A DNA stretch of 64,000 nucleotides, taken from Marsupella aquatica (taxonomy: Eukaryota > Plantae > Marchantiophyta). The notes beneath the pieces are model-generated. The model was not told the origin of the DNA. It saw only the letters and a program-made list of their open reading frames with translations, and made no database searches. This document shows positions 63,042 through 64,000 of this stretch, one piece after another (position 1 is the stretch's first letter; each line of letters begins with the position of its first letter). The stretch spans positions 11,059,187-11,123,186 of the forward strand of contig OZ316898.1 of NCBI GenBank assembly GCA_973895155.1. Direction: 5' to 3'. The position numbers and the translations under genes are program-made.

Positions 63042-64000
63042 TTCAGTAGTAAAGGTTCGGCTCGATGTTGAAGCTAATTCAATTATCTTGTGGTAGAGTA
63101 CAGGTAATGTTGAAGCAAGCAATGTCACCAAAACTTGTGGCAAGTCCGTCATTAAGCACATCATTAATTGTAAATTTGTCTAGGGTTCTCGATGTAGAAC
63201 TAAAAGACCGTCTCGAAAAACCTACTTTTGCCAACATTCCTGATGTGGTCCCCTTAACACGAGTCAGACAAATGGTGTGGGGTGTGCGGTTCGTTAGGTT
63301 TTGGGGTGCTCGTTTGTAGGTTTCATCTCTATTATGGAGATTGGAGTTCAGGATAGGTGTTGGGCCTAGGTATTGTGGGATTTTATACATTTTATGGGAG
63401 TATATACGCGTTTTGGACTCAATTGAAGTTCTTCACGATAGCCCCTCCTGCCAATTTCCAGACAAATCTTCTTATAGGTTGATGCGGCCTACTACAGGAA
63501 CACTTTATGACTAGGTGGCCTTAGTGCATGCGATCTTGTCTCATTTGCATCGTTCCCTATGTGGGAGAGTCAACAACAAGGCGTGACTGGGTGGGTGAAG
63601 TAAATGGAGGTTGTGGAGGAGGATGTCCGTCAGTCTAATCCACTGGCTGAGAAGTGACTATGAAGAGGATCCACAAATGATGATGTAGAGATAGAGGCTC
63701 GAGGGAGGAGATGGGAAGGAAGGGAATATCGAGAGGATCCAAAGATAAGCATGTGCAGTGGAGGTAGTGGATTGAGGGAGGACATGGGAAGGAGCAGGAA
63801 CTAGGCATTAGGGTCAGTCTGAGGGACAAGATCATACACTTCGAATCCAGGTCTGATTTATTTATTAAAGCGCATATGTATATACGTATGGGCTTTTAGC
63901 ACTTATGTTTGTCATGCAAAGAGGGTTGAGGGATTTATATGAATATATGAATATATGCATTTATGTCTGTTGCACATATGTATGACAAATATAATTGTTA

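Overview
Land-plant nuclear DNA; gene structure and the SnRK2 C-terminus suggest a bryophyte or other early-diverging lineage. Three intron-containing host genes flank a ~40-kb block of nested transposons: CENH3 (minus strand, running off the window start), SKI3/TTC37 (minus) and a 9-exon SnRK2 kinase (plus). The block holds a pogo/CENP-B-like DD33D element (17354-20611), an 18.2-kb CACTA element (27646-45889), a decayed Mutator transposase and an internally deleted Ty1/copia element with two 345-bp LTRs. The CACTA has CACTAGAAGAA termini and a CTC target-site duplication, and it splits a retroelement-type ORF. The main finding is this CACTA. Its TnpD and TnpA genes splice into uninterrupted frames, and three co-oriented, intact, intronless cargo ORFs lie upstream of them: a PHD-like finger, a stand-alone EDM2-type composite PHD module and a tandem BRCT protein resembling the DNA polymerase lambda BRCT. 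Its TnpA also carries exon-duplicated GW/WG repeats resembling Argonaute hooks. The unrelated pogo element carries a related BRCT ORF inside its TIRs. Together this suggests a transposon-encoded toolkit for reading chromatin, countering silencing and engaging DNA repair. Family calls come from motif recognition and recalled reference sequences, not from database searches; all functions are inferred.
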